50,833 nucleotides of DNA from a virus (taxonomy: Duplodnaviria > Caudoviricetes), in the IMG/VR virus record IMGVR_UViG_3300024264_000051, positions 1 through 50,833 of that record. One strand, given 5' to 3'. Positions 28,977-37,009 of the stretch are shown here, one piece after another; within the stretch, counting starts at the first letter, position 1, and each line of letters begins with the position of its first letter. Below the pieces are notes generated by a model, which saw only the letters and a program-made list of their open reading frames with translations, did no database searches and was not told where the DNA came from. The translations under genes were made by a program, and so were the position numbers.

Positions 28977-29273
28977 TCAGTCGTGATTCAAAATCAGGTC
29001 TTCCTCCAAAGACTTCAGTTCCATGGCGGCGCATACTCTCATTTGGTCGTGCTCGGATGATGAGTTGAAGCCATCCCAGCGCACAGCAAGATATTTGCGC
29101 TGATGGCCGTCTTTTCTGGTCTTGGTCCTAAGCTCTGTTACCGTACCAACCCGCGACGAATAGCGGCGCTGATTCTCTGGCTTAACAGCAATACCAAGGT
29201 GAATGCGAGGCTTTTCAGCAACTCGATCACCAACGGCGAACTTGAATGGTGTGCGGCGTGATTCTTTTGTCAT
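28977..29273 (-). CDS. Hypothetical protein (SH3/Tudor-like beta barrel)
   Basis: 'FKFAVGDRV...GTV...YLAVRWD' pattern. Confidence 0.65.
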   Translation of the reverse strand: MTKESRRTPFKFAVGDRVAEKPRIHLGIAVKPENQRRYSSRVGTVTELRTKTRKDGHQRKYLAVRWDGFNSSSEHDQMRVCAAMELKSLEEDLILNHD

Positions 29274-29995
29274 GGTGCCAAACGGGCCTTGCCCCAGCGA
29301 TTTTTTGTGTACCAGTTATGGACTGAGGGAATCCACTGCTCAAAGTGAGGCATCATCATCTGACACATCTGATGAATTTCTATCTGTGCATCGGCCTTGC
29401 CCCGCAGGTCAAGGAAGTGCATGAGAGAGCGCAGATTGAACGTAACGACAAAATGCTGGCGGTAGTCAAACGGCAATACTCCCCTTGCGTGTTCTTCTGA
29501 TATACCAGCATCAAGAGCCTCTTTGTAGCGTCGAGCCGAGTCCTCGCAATGCTGAAGATCCTTTGCCCTTAAACGCTCGTCGTATGTGTACTTCTTGCCT
29601 TGGCGGTTGGTGTAATCACCAATAGGCCGCAGATAAAAAGCTTCCTCTACATCAACAACTCCTTCAGCTACAGCAGCAATTCGCTTGCCGGTATAGCGCA
29701 TTGACTGGACATCCCAGCTAGTGCCAACCCTATGCGTCCGAGCTTGTTGAATCACCGAGTGAGGGAAATAACCCACGGCAAATGTAATACTGGCGTGCTC
29801 CAAGGGGCCATAATGGCCGCGACCTCCCAGAAGCAAGTGCTTTACTATTCGATCTTCTGCGTTTGGTTCGCTAAGTGGTTCATCATGAAAAACCCAGCCC
29901 TCTGAATAATCCTGGTGCATTGCCTGCCAGCAAAGAGTAGCTGGATCCATGGTCTGGCTTAAAACGCCAACCTGGAAACGAGGATCAATTTGCAT
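29270..29995 (-). CDS. thyX: FAD-dependent thymidylate synthase
   Basis: GHYGPLEH, 'RTHRVGTSWDVQSMRY' ThyX motif, 'EHARG', 'NLRSLMHFLDLR...AQ.EI'. Confidence 0.95.
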   Translation of the reverse strand: MQIDPRFQVGVLSQTMDPATLCWQAMHQDYSEGWVFHDEPLSEPNAEDRIVKHLLLGGRGHYGPLEHASITFAVGYFPHSVIQQARTHRVGTSWDVQSMRYTGKRIAAVAEGVVDVEEAFYLRPIGDYTNRQGKKYTYDERLRAKDLQHCEDSARRYKEALDAGISEEHARGVLPFDYRQHFVVTFNLRSLMHFLDLRGKADAQIEIHQMCQMMMPHFEQWIPSVHNWYTKNRWGKARLAP

Positions 29996-30152
29996 CTTCA
30001 AGCTCCATTACTAATTCTTTCAGTTCTTCGTCGTCCATTGAATCTACAGCCGACAAGAAGCCAGCTATTACGGATCGCACAAGACGTTTGGGGCTGAACA
30101 ACCCAAGCAAAACCATTTGGAAGCGAGTGTAAATGCCAAATTTAATTTTCAT
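29985..30152 (-). CDS. Hypothetical 55-aa protein (not in track)
   Basis: MKIKFGIYTRFQMVLLGLFSPKRLVRS...EDAN*, filling the gap with overlaps at both ends. Confidence 0.55.
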   Translation of the reverse strand: MKIKFGIYTRFQMVLLGLFSPKRLVRSVIAGFLSAVDSMDDEELKELVMELEDAN

Positions 30153-30313
30153 TGGTCATGCATCTCCAGTACATGTTGAATGCCGCGAATGTAGCCATCC
30201 CAGTAACGGGAATCGCCTTGACGGCATTGAAGGCTTTTTTCGTAATTGTTATAGCCGTCAATCAAAAGACCTTTGACTGACTCAATACTGACTTCGAGTG
30301 GCTTTTCATTCAT
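30149..30313 (-). CDS. Hypothetical protein
   Basis: 'YWDGYIRGIQHVLEM' C-terminus, coupled start. Confidence 0.6.
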   Translation of the reverse strand: MNEKPLEVSIESVKGLLIDGYNNYEKSLQCRQGDSRYWDGYIRGIQHVLEMHDQ

Positions 30314-30695
30314 TGGATTCTGATCGCGCAATTGCCGAGGCTTCAGCTTGGATTTTTTTGAGTGCAGCAGGCCCAAGTTCTTCTAAAAGAATGCGAAGGA
30401 AATGATCTTGGTACAGTTTGTCATAACTTTTCGGAAGCGGTTTGTTCATCGCTTCAATCTTGGCTGCAAATTGCGTCGAGATCCTTAGCTTTTTTTTGGC
30501 CCGATAGTACCATTCAGTGTCGGGCTCATAGCCATGCTTCTCTTCAAAGCTTGAAACCTCCGCCAAAGAGGCCGTGATCTCATTAATACAGTCAATAAGC
30601 TCATGGTAAAGCTTGCGAAGCTCATTCGTTCCGAGATGTGGAAGCTCGGTAGAGAGAATCGATCTGTCTAGCGAAATGCTGTTGTAAATTGCCAT
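30306..30695 (-). CDS. Hypothetical helical protein
   Basis: 129-aa ORF in operon context. Confidence 0.65.
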   Translation of the reverse strand: MAIYNSISLDRSILSTELPHLGTNELRKLYHELIDCINEITASLAEVSSFEEKHGYEPDTEWYYRAKKKLRISTQFAAKIEAMNKPLPKSYDKLYQDHFLRILLEELGPAALKKIQAEASAIARSESNE

Positions 30696-30697
30696 TT

Positions 30698-30726
30698 TAA
30701 AATAAGGGGCAGAGTGACTCTGCCCC
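30698..30726 (-). terminator. Terminator-like hairpin after SSB-like gene
   Basis: GGGGCAGAG-3 nt-CTCTGCCCC (30706-30726), followed by TTATTTT on the - strand. Confidence 0.7.
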
Positions 30727-30735
30727 GATAAGGGT

Positions 30736-31104
30736 TTAGAAGAAGTCGTCTAAAACGTTGCCGTCAGTGGCCTTAGCCACAGACTGGGCAGCGTCATTGA
30801 CAGCGCCTTCGGCGTTTTTCTCATACTTGTAATGAGGCTTAAAGCTCAGACTGATGTAAGTCTTGCCGCTCGATGATTGCTTCTTCCAGCCGCTAATAGC
30901 AAGAGGAATTTCATTGCGTTCACCAATAGGCTTGCCTTGCATGATGTACTCCGCCAAAGCGTAAGCTTGATCAGCAGGAATATTAACTACCCCATCAACG
31001 GTAGGGTAGTTTTTAGAGGGATCGTACTTGTCCTTCATTCGAGCTTTCAAGTCCTCAGCGGTCTGAGGGAACAAAGCCCCGTTTACTGAAAATGAATCGG
31101 TCAT
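30736..31104 (-). CDS. Putative single-stranded DNA-binding protein
   Basis: 'GALF', 'ISGWKK.S.SGK.YISL' and acidic/aromatic tail DDFF, in the recombination module. Confidence 0.65.
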   Translation of the reverse strand: MTDSFSVNGALFPQTAEDLKARMKDKYDPSKNYPTVDGVVNIPADQAYALAEYIMQGKPIGERNEIPLAISGWKKQSSSGKTYISLSFKPHYKYEKNAEGAVNDAAQSVAKATDGNVLDDFF

Positions 31105-31376
31105 GATTTTGTTTTGCAGATGATGTAGCAGCCGTTTTTGGCTGGCTCGGACTGAACTGAATACTTGTACTGATCAGATTCCTTGGTCATGCGACCGGCA
31201 ATCTGAGCGATGGTGCCTGCTTTGTAGCCTTCGTTAAGCTCTTCGCAGTAATAAAGAACGAAGAGACTTGTTTCGGGCGTTAATGCAGCAATTTTTTCTC
31301 GCAATGGGCTTGTTTTACTGGGTCGGCTTGTGCGTGCTGGAATGTCAGCAGCATTGACAACCTTAATGGAAGACAT
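31101..31376 (-). CDS. Hypothetical protein
   Basis: ORF coupled to the SSB-like gene. Confidence 0.6.
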   Translation of the reverse strand: MSSIKVVNAADIPARTSRPSKTSPLREKIAALTPETSLFVLYYCEELNEGYKAGTIAQIAGRMTKESDQYKYSVQSEPAKNGCYIICKTKS

Positions 31377-31403
31377 AAAAGGTCTGGGCTTGCAAGAAAT
31401 ACT

Positions 31404-31964
31404 TTAACTCATGGTTTGGATTTTAGCAATAAGCTGATTGTACTCCTCCTCCGAAAGATCATTCGACGCCCTGAGTTCAAGAATGCGCTGACGAATCGAA
31501 TCAAGCTGTGACGAGTCGGCCTCATCAATTTTTTTTATTGCAGGCTTGAATACACCTGTAGGGTGCAGCTTCTGCACGATTTTACGTCGCTTTGGTGGCG
31601 TCCACTCACAGCTGATCTCTTCGTCAATCTCAGGACTGCCATAAACGCGGATGCAAGGTTCGTCCTTGCGGAGCGGGTAGGGCATGACCTGATTGGTCGC
31701 ATAGAAAGTTACGCGCCGTCCAGGCCACAACGCCACATCGTTACCCAAAAGCTTGATCAATGGAATGGCATTGATTTTGGCCAAGGTCAGTTCAGGGTTA
31801 ATTTCCTGAAACGACATGATCGTTTGAAGCTTGGGCTCCTGATCATCAAAGGCCACCTCAGCTGTACGAACGCCTTTGACTGTCAGAGTCATGCGCCCGG
31901 AAGCCGGGAACATGAAAGCTTTTAGCCAAGGCTCATTCATTAGATCACCTACAAATTCCATCAA
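31404..31964 (-). CDS. Putative ssDNA annealing/recombination protein
   Basis: Between RecE-like exonuclease and SSB. Function inferred from synteny only. Confidence 0.45.
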   Translation of the reverse strand: MMEFVGDLMNEPWLKAFMFPASGRMTLTVKGVRTAEVAFDDQEPKLQTIMSFQEINPELTLAKINAIPLIKLLGNDVALWPGRRVTFYATNQVMPYPLRKDEPCIRVYGSPEIDEEISCEWTPPKRRKIVQKLHPTGVFKPAIKKIDEADSSQLDSIRQRILELRASNDLSEEEYNQLIAKIQTMS

Positions 31965-32791
31965 ACTCCCTCCAATAAATCAGCAACATCTGTGTCATTG
32001 GCTGGATCGTCAACTTGGAACCAGCGTGGAGCTTCCATCGTATTAATGCCCCACGATGGCCACTCGTTAGTTCCGCGACAAGCCTTGATGCCTTCAATCG
32101 CATCGTCACGACGCTGACGGCCAACCTCCAGCAGCTCATCGCTGATGATATTCACCGAGTAGTTGAACGGATACACCCACTCGTAAGCCAGCAACACGAT
32201 CTGCTTTGGATAAGCGCCGTGACGGTCGAGGAACCCCTCAGCATAGTGTGCGCATTGAATGTCATAGGCCAACGCAAATGACTGCCTTGCGAAATCGCGT
32301 GGGTTCGCACTGCGAGCTTTCTTCAGATCCACAAGCAAGCCGTCTTCTGGTTGCTCTAAATCCGGCAGGTAACGGCACTCAACATCGTTATCAGCGTCAT
32401 GCCAGAAATGAGGCACCTGACCCGAACCCTGCAAAAACTCAGAGGCAATTGGATCGTTTTTGAGCTTGAACACAATCGACAGGGCAGTGTGGTGCCACTC
32501 CTCAGTGATCAGATCTGCGCACTTGGAGCGGGCAAGTTCTTGAGCCTCGGCCCAGATTTCTTTGCCTGCTTTTGTGCGACGGTCAGCTCTTGGGGCAACG
32601 ACATATTTACGGCTGAATTTTTCGGGCTCTGTGATCAAACAGTCAACCAATGAGCCCTGGCGCATTGCGTCAGATGGCACCATCGGCATACGGTCTGGAT
32701 CTTCATAAGCAGCCCAATAGTCAACTGCTGTGCCGCAAGCGTATTTCTTAAGCTTGCTAGCTGATAATGCGGGATGATCGTGATAATTCAT
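31961..32791 (-). CDS. RecE/exonuclease VIII-like PD-(D/E)XK nuclease
   Basis: 'LSASKLK', 'DRRTKAGK', 'PD...LVDLK' and 'YDIQCAHY'. Confidence 0.88.
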   Translation of the reverse strand: MNYHDHPALSASKLKKYACGTAVDYWAAYEDPDRMPMVPSDAMRQGSLVDCLITEPEKFSRKYVVAPRADRRTKAGKEIWAEAQELARSKCADLITEEWHHTALSIVFKLKNDPIASEFLQGSGQVPHFWHDADNDVECRYLPDLEQPEDGLLVDLKKARSANPRDFARQSFALAYDIQCAHYAEGFLDRHGAYPKQIVLLAYEWVYPFNYSVNIISDELLEVGRQRRDDAIEGIKACRGTNEWPSWGINTMEAPRWFQVDDPANDTDVADLLEGV

Positions 32792-33003
32792 TGGTTTGGT
32801 AATTCAAGTTCCATTTCAATCCAGTAATGGCGCATTTCGCCATCACCAACCAGTAGCCGTGCATCTTCAATCAGATCTTCATCAGTGCCGCCGGGATAGC
32901 CGATCACGCACCAGCTACCGTCTCCGGCGGATGCGGCTAAGGCTCGTGCCTTGACCGGTCCGAACCGCTTGGGCTCCCATACAGGCACAGCTTTGCTTGT
33001 CAT
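32788..33003 (-). CDS. Hypothetical protein
   Basis: Coupled to the RecE-like gene. Confidence 0.55.
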   Translation of the reverse strand: MTSKAVPVWEPKRFGPVKARALAASAGDGSWCVIGYPGGTDEDLIEDARLLVGDGEMRHYWIEMELELPNQ

Positions 33004-33050
33004 TCAAAAACGCAACGATGTTTGCAAGGCAAATAGTACCACTGTTTCGA

Positions 33051-33734
33051 CTACTCCGCAATGGAAACGGAGAAGCCCAGTGCCGCAGCTTCATGTTCTG
33101 TCATCTTCTTCGCCCACATCTTCGGAACCAGATCATTCCAAGTAAAACCAGCGTCTTTGCAGTGCTGACGCTGTTCGTACCCCAAATTACTGACGTAGAC
33201 ATGCCTTGGCAGCAAGGCATTCTCAATCAGCTGCTCTAGCTGGGGCTCACGCTTCATGACCTCTGCCAAATAGATGCAATCTGTGAGAGCACGGTGAGCG
33301 TTCCAAACCGGCACCCCGTAGTCGACGCACAGCGAGATTACGGACGGGCGGCTGCGCTTGCTGCTCAGTGGCCACTGAATATCGTCCATCGTGCAGATCC
33401 ACCGTAGAGGCATCGACGGGAGTGAGCCTTTCCCTCCAAACCATTGCTGGTCAAAGGCCGCATTGTGAGCCACTGCGTAATCTGCTTCCGCGACCATCGC
33501 CCAGAATGATGCCGCCATTGGAGACGTGAGATCCGGCGCTCTCATGGTCAGTGACGGTTGGATGCGATTTACAAACTCAGCTTCGTTTGTCAATGTCGGC
33601 AGCAAGAACGACACCTGGCAGATAACAGATCGCAACTCAACATCAAACAGCACAGCCCCCAGTTCAATCACCGTGCTGTCGGCTGGAGTCAATCCAGTCG
33701 TTTCCGTATCGATGATCAATAGTTTCATGCTCAT
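33051..33734 (-). CDS. DEDDh 3'-5' exonuclease (DnaQ-like)
   Basis: IIDTETTG, VAHNAAFD and AHRALTD motifs. Confidence 0.92.
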   Translation of the reverse strand: MSMKLLIIDTETTGLTPADSTVIELGAVLFDVELRSVICQVSFLLPTLTNEAEFVNRIQPSLTMRAPDLTSPMAASFWAMVAEADYAVAHNAAFDQQWFGGKGSLPSMPLRWICTMDDIQWPLSSKRSRPSVISLCVDYGVPVWNAHRALTDCIYLAEVMKREPQLEQLIENALLPRHVYVSNLGYEQRQHCKDAGFTWNDLVPKMWAKKMTEHEAAALGFSVSIAE

Positions 33735-33815
33735 GAGGATTCAATCTCCAGTGATAAATTTCAAGTAATCGTTTGTCTGATTCTGCAATCAGACGCTTAG
33801 CCTCAGCATTAGTCA

Positions 33816-34016
33816 TCAACAATGCACAGAGAAGGCAAAGCCTTCCTGAAATTTGACAACTGATTCAGGAACCAAGATCCGATAGCTATCGCGATTGCGA
33901 TGGATCTTGGATGCCTTGTGTATTGCCTGCTCCTCAGATCGAGCCAATACCTCGACATACTGTCGATCCTGGCCCGGAGATTCACAGGCCACGCAAAAAT
34001 AAAGACTGTTCATCAA
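33816..34016 (-). CDS. Hypothetical protein
   Basis: Small ORF in the accessory array. Confidence 0.55.
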   Translation of the reverse strand: MMNSLYFCVACESPGQDRQYVEVLARSEEQAIHKASKIHRNRDSYRILVPESVVKFQEGFAFSVHC

Positions 34017-34114
34017 TCCTCTGATTTTGATTCTTTTGCCTTGGCTTTTTGTTTCGCAATTCGCATCGCTTTGGCGTACTGCTCTTTCAGGTATCGAATG
34101 AATGCTGGTGTCAC
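34013..34114 (-). CDS. 33-aa basic hypothetical peptide
   Basis: GTG start after AGGAGG: MTPAFIRYLKEQYAKAMRIAKQKAKAKESKSED*. Confidence 0.45.
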   Translation of the reverse strand: MTPAFIRYLKEQYAKAMRIAKQKAKAKESKSED

Positions 34115-34174
34115 GAAAAGTTGTCCTCCTGTGGGCGCATTGCTTTTTTTAAGTCTTCAAAAAGATTGTCATAA

Positions 34175-34315
34175 TCAATCATCATCTTCATCCTTCAGTT
34201 CCATAATGTATTCTACAAGTGTGCGGATGCTCACGTCTTTGCTATCTCCTGATGTGAAAACTTGATCCCACCATTCAGATATAACAAAGTAAAGTTGTCC
34301 TTCTTTTTCAGTCAT
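34175..34315 (-). CDS. 46-aa hypothetical protein
   Basis: MTEKEGQLYFVISEWWDQVF...DEDDD*, preceded by AAGGACAACA. Confidence 0.55.
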   Translation of the reverse strand: MTEKEGQLYFVISEWWDQVFTSGDSKDVSIRTLVEYIMELKDEDDD

Positions 34316-34703
34316 TGTTGTCCTTCTCTATTTGCGAATTGCGAATGGACTCAATCTCTTCATCACGTTCCTTCCATTCCTTAAACTTTTCATGAAGGTC
34401 TTCATCCATAGTCAGTTCATACTCTTTACAGACCTTACGTTGCTCTTCTTCACGGACAAACTCATTAAACACCAGTGACATAGCACCAGAGCGAATAGCT
34501 GCGGGGGTTATACCTACACACAGCATGAACTTCTCAAAGAGTTTGAAATACTGTTTGGCATTAAGATCTTGTGCAGGTGCTGTGATCAGGAAATGCTCTT
34601 CAGGGAGAATGTCATCAGCACCAAGGTGAGATGCAAACCCACGAGTATAATCATGAGTGTAGGTAGCATCAAATTTGAATGTCAGTTCAGCGTTGTAAGT
34701 CAT
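34308..34703 (-). CDS. Hypothetical protein (cyanophage-type)
   Basis: 131 aa, with AGGAG RBS inside the boundary repeat. Confidence 0.7.
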   Translation of the reverse strand: MTYNAELTFKFDATYTHDYTRGFASHLGADDILPEEHFLITAPAQDLNAKQYFKLFEKFMLCVGITPAAIRSGAMSLVFNEFVREEEQRKVCKEYELTMDEDLHEKFKEWKERDEEIESIRNSQIEKDNND

Positions 34704-34867
34704 GAGTTGTTCTCCTGTGGGCGCATTGCTTGATTGAAATCAGCAGCACACCCAACTGGGAAGGGGCCTGGATCACCTGCTCGCCCACATGAGCTTGCGC
34801 GGATTCTCGATAAACGCATGTTATCAGGATTCTCGATGATCTCGTCAGTCAGTGGGTGTTCAGTCAT
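34700..34867 (-). CDS. 55-aa hypothetical/degenerate gene (MTEHPLTDE...AMRPQENNS)
   Basis: Hand translation, overlapping both neighbours. Confidence 0.5.
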   Translation of the reverse strand: MTEHPLTDEIIENPDNMRLSRIRASSCGRAGDPGPFPVGCAADFNQAMRPQENNS

Positions 34868-35142
34868 CAGTTGTCCTGATGTAGTTGATTAAATACTTCA
34901 ATTAGTTCCTGATCTCCAGACTCCTGGATTAAACGCTCAAGTTTTTCTTGGGGAGTTTCAACGGACTCCCAACTTCTGCCATTGATTTTGCCAAGGACTT
35001 TTCCGTTGACATTGCCACGGACATGACCATAGACATCACCAGAGACATCACCCCAAACAGTCAGCACCTTCCAGTAACCGTCGGGTGCTTTCATGAAGCT
35101 GACAAGTTCAAGCGCTTGCTCAAGTGTGATTTGTTCAGCCAT
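34867..35142 (-). CDS. Hypothetical protein with GDV/GNV repeats
   Basis: 'VWGDVSGDVYGHVRGNVNGKVLG' short beta-helix-like repeats. Confidence 0.7.
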   Translation of the reverse strand: MAEQITLEQALELVSFMKAPDGYWKVLTVWGDVSGDVYGHVRGNVNGKVLGKINGRSWESVETPQEKLERLIQESGDQELIEVFNQLHQDN

Positions 35143-35857
35143 TGGTCTCCTGTTGTTGTTGTTGTTGGGTGATTGGCGCTTCCTTGATTAGCTTTAAAAG
35201 CAGGTCGCGCTGACGACGGCGAACGGCAAACTTGACCGCAACCCAGTCAGCAGGATTGGCAGCAGCACTGTTAGCGCTGGAGGCCCATTCAGCAGCCATG
35301 GCGGCCTCGGCTGCAGCCCAGTCAGCGGCACTGGCAGCAGCAGCCCTGGCTGCCCATTCAGCAGCCCTGGCAGCAGCCCTGGCAGCAGCCCAGTCGGCAG
35401 TCAATTCAGCAGCCCTGGCAGCAGCCCTGGCAGCAGCTTCAGCAGCCCTGGCGTCTTCTTCGGACCACTTTTTACCGTCCGCCAGTAGGCCCATCCCGTC
35501 GATGACACGGTTGATGACTGCTTGAAGATCTGGCGTTACTGGTGGCAGCGAACGCAGCTCCGCAGCAAGGAATTGCCACACGACGCGGCTGAGATCTTTG
35601 CCATCAGACTCAACAGCACGAGGGAATGCTGCAAAAAACAGAGGGGCCTCGTCTGGAGTTAGCCCTTCAAAGATTGATTCCGCGATGCGAGACACCGCTA
35701 AAGGGATGCCGTACTCCCTTTCAAGGAACTCAGGTGCATTCAGTCCTCTAGCTAAACAGCCAATGAAGCAGGTAGCGTAGCTTCCCTGCACAACCCGATC
35801 GGCTTCAACGTGACGCTGAACCTCGGTCTGTAACTTATGGAAATTCTTGGTGAGCAT
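35135..35857 (-). CDS. Hypothetical protein with Ala-rich repeats
   Basis: Likely start 35857 after AGGAGG. 'CFIGC', AARAAA/AADWAA repeats and a poly-Q end. Confidence 0.75.
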   Translation of the reverse strand: MLTKNFHKLQTEVQRHVEADRVVQGSYATCFIGCLARGLNAPEFLEREYGIPLAVSRIAESIFEGLTPDEAPLFFAAFPRAVESDGKDLSRVVWQFLAAELRSLPPVTPDLQAVINRVIDGMGLLADGKKWSEEDARAAEAAARAAARAAELTADWAAARAAARAAEWAARAAAASAADWAAAEAAMAAEWASSANSAAANPADWVAVKFAVRRRQRDLLLKLIKEAPITQQQQQQETNG

Positions 35858-35982
35858 CAGATGTCCTCCTGTTGTTCTTGTTGATAGATGTGCAAATCTC
35901 CAATCAACGTGTGTATTTCTAAAAGCCAAGCTGTTTTTACTGCGGATTTTCCTGAGCCGCCGAGGTGGATGAGTGCAAACAT
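35857..35982 (-). CDS. 41-aa hypothetical peptide
   Basis: MFALIHLGG...QQEQQEDI*, with TGATG overlap to the next gene. Confidence 0.4.
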   Translation of the reverse strand: MFALIHLGGSGKSAVKTAWLLEIHTLIGDLHIYQQEQQEDI

Positions 35983-36022
35983 TTGGTTGATTAGTTAGGT
36001 GAACAGTAATGCGGGACTAAGG

Positions 36023-36292
36023 TCAACGAGTCTCCATTTTTTTGTAGGCAATGGCTAATAATTCGTTTACAGAGTAAGATTCGATATTACGAAAAAGTTC
36101 TAAGCCTTCATTGAACGAGATAGCTTTAGCTGACTCTGCCTCTATGCAGAGCGTGACACGCTCTTGGACGGGATCTAGCTGTACCTCTAGTTGACTTAAA
36201 TAGTAATTCTCTACAAGGTAAAAGCTATCATTGAAGCGAACAGCCATTCGCTCGCCGTCCGCGAAAACTGTAGGACTATTACCTAGAGACAT
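36023..36292 (-). CDS. Hypothetical protein
   Basis: ORF coupled to the upstream gene. Confidence 0.55.
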   Translation of the reverse strand: MSLGNSPTVFADGERMAVRFNDSFYLVENYYLSQLEVQLDPVQERVTLCIEAESAKAISFNEGLELFRNIESYSVNELLAIAYKKMETR

Positions 36293-36527
36293 GACCTTCG
36301 CTCAACATAAGGATTTCTGACTGGTCATGCGTAAGCAAATCCGCTAATTCTGTTTTGGCTCTTTCTAGCATAATTTCAAGCCGTTTGATTTCAAGCAATC
36401 TATCTTTGATGACGCTCTTTGCTTTGTCGTATTCGTCAACTTCAAGCTCTGCCATTGCCTTGTTAAGCAATGCGGTGCTTTCATTGGACAACTGCAGATT
36501 AGAAAAAGTGGTTTTAAGTGTGCTCAT
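36279..36527 (-). CDS. Hypothetical coiled-coil protein
   Basis: 82-aa helical ORF. Confidence 0.55.
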   Translation of the reverse strand: MSTLKTTFSNLQLSNESTALLNKAMAELEVDEYDKAKSVIKDRLLEIKRLEIMLERAKTELADLLTHDQSEILMLSEGHVSR

Positions 36528-36655
36528 GAAGATTCAGGGTTAGTTGGTAACTGTAAGATTGGGTGCGGCTCTTATGGGCCGCTGGATAAAGTTGAATAGT
36601 GGCAACGAGGTCGAACGCAAATCCAAAGGGAAGTCAAAAGCGATTGCGTTGTCCA

Positions 36656-37009
36656 TTAGCTTAGCAGTATAAACCTCGCTTCGTCAACCGATCTAGCAAC
36701 TCCTGCTATTCCGCCTGCGTTTCGGATGTGCTCAATAAATGCCTTCTGCTGTTCAGTGGCCCTGCCTTTGGCGGTCTTGACTTCCACGGCTGCAAAGACC
36801 GGCACCTCCGTCCCCACCATCTCGGGTGTGATCGTGACCTTCCGGTAGCCAATTAAGTCCGACCCGCCAGGGCTGCCAACACCAAACTGGACATATCTGC
36901 CAGTCCTTGGATCCGGTAAACTCCCACTGTTATTTCTCCACAGCCTTACCGGGCCGCGACTGCACGCCAGTCGTATTTGCTGCTGAATCTCGGTTTCATT
37001 TACTGCCAC
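36656..37009 (-). CDS. VRR-NUC domain nuclease
   Basis: 'NETEIQ', 'LWRNNSG', 'GGSDLIG', 'EVKTAKGR...Q..F'. Confidence 0.88.
   Translation of the reverse strand: MAVNETEIQQQIRLACSRGPVRLWRNNSGSLPDPRTGRYVQFGVGSPGGSDLIGYRKVTITPEMVGTEVPVFAAVEVKTAKGRATEQQKAFIEHIRNAGGIAGVARSVDEARFILLS

Larger units (their letters stand above)
34119..34731 (-). repeat. 27-bp direct repeat (boundary motif) at 34119-34145 and 34705-34731
   Basis: AAGCAATGCGCCCACAGGAG(G/A)ACAACT on the - strand, 26/27 identical. Confidence 0.85.

Noticed and set aside
34740-34862. Second structured RNA sharing GGATCACCTG with the 28.9-kb element
   Set aside because: The region is spanned by a 55-aa ORF coupled at both ends, so the 10-bp match is plausibly chance.
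36564-36581. GCGGCTC-TTAT-GGGCCGC hairpin as a terminator
   Set aside because: No U-tract on either strand, so function is unsupported.
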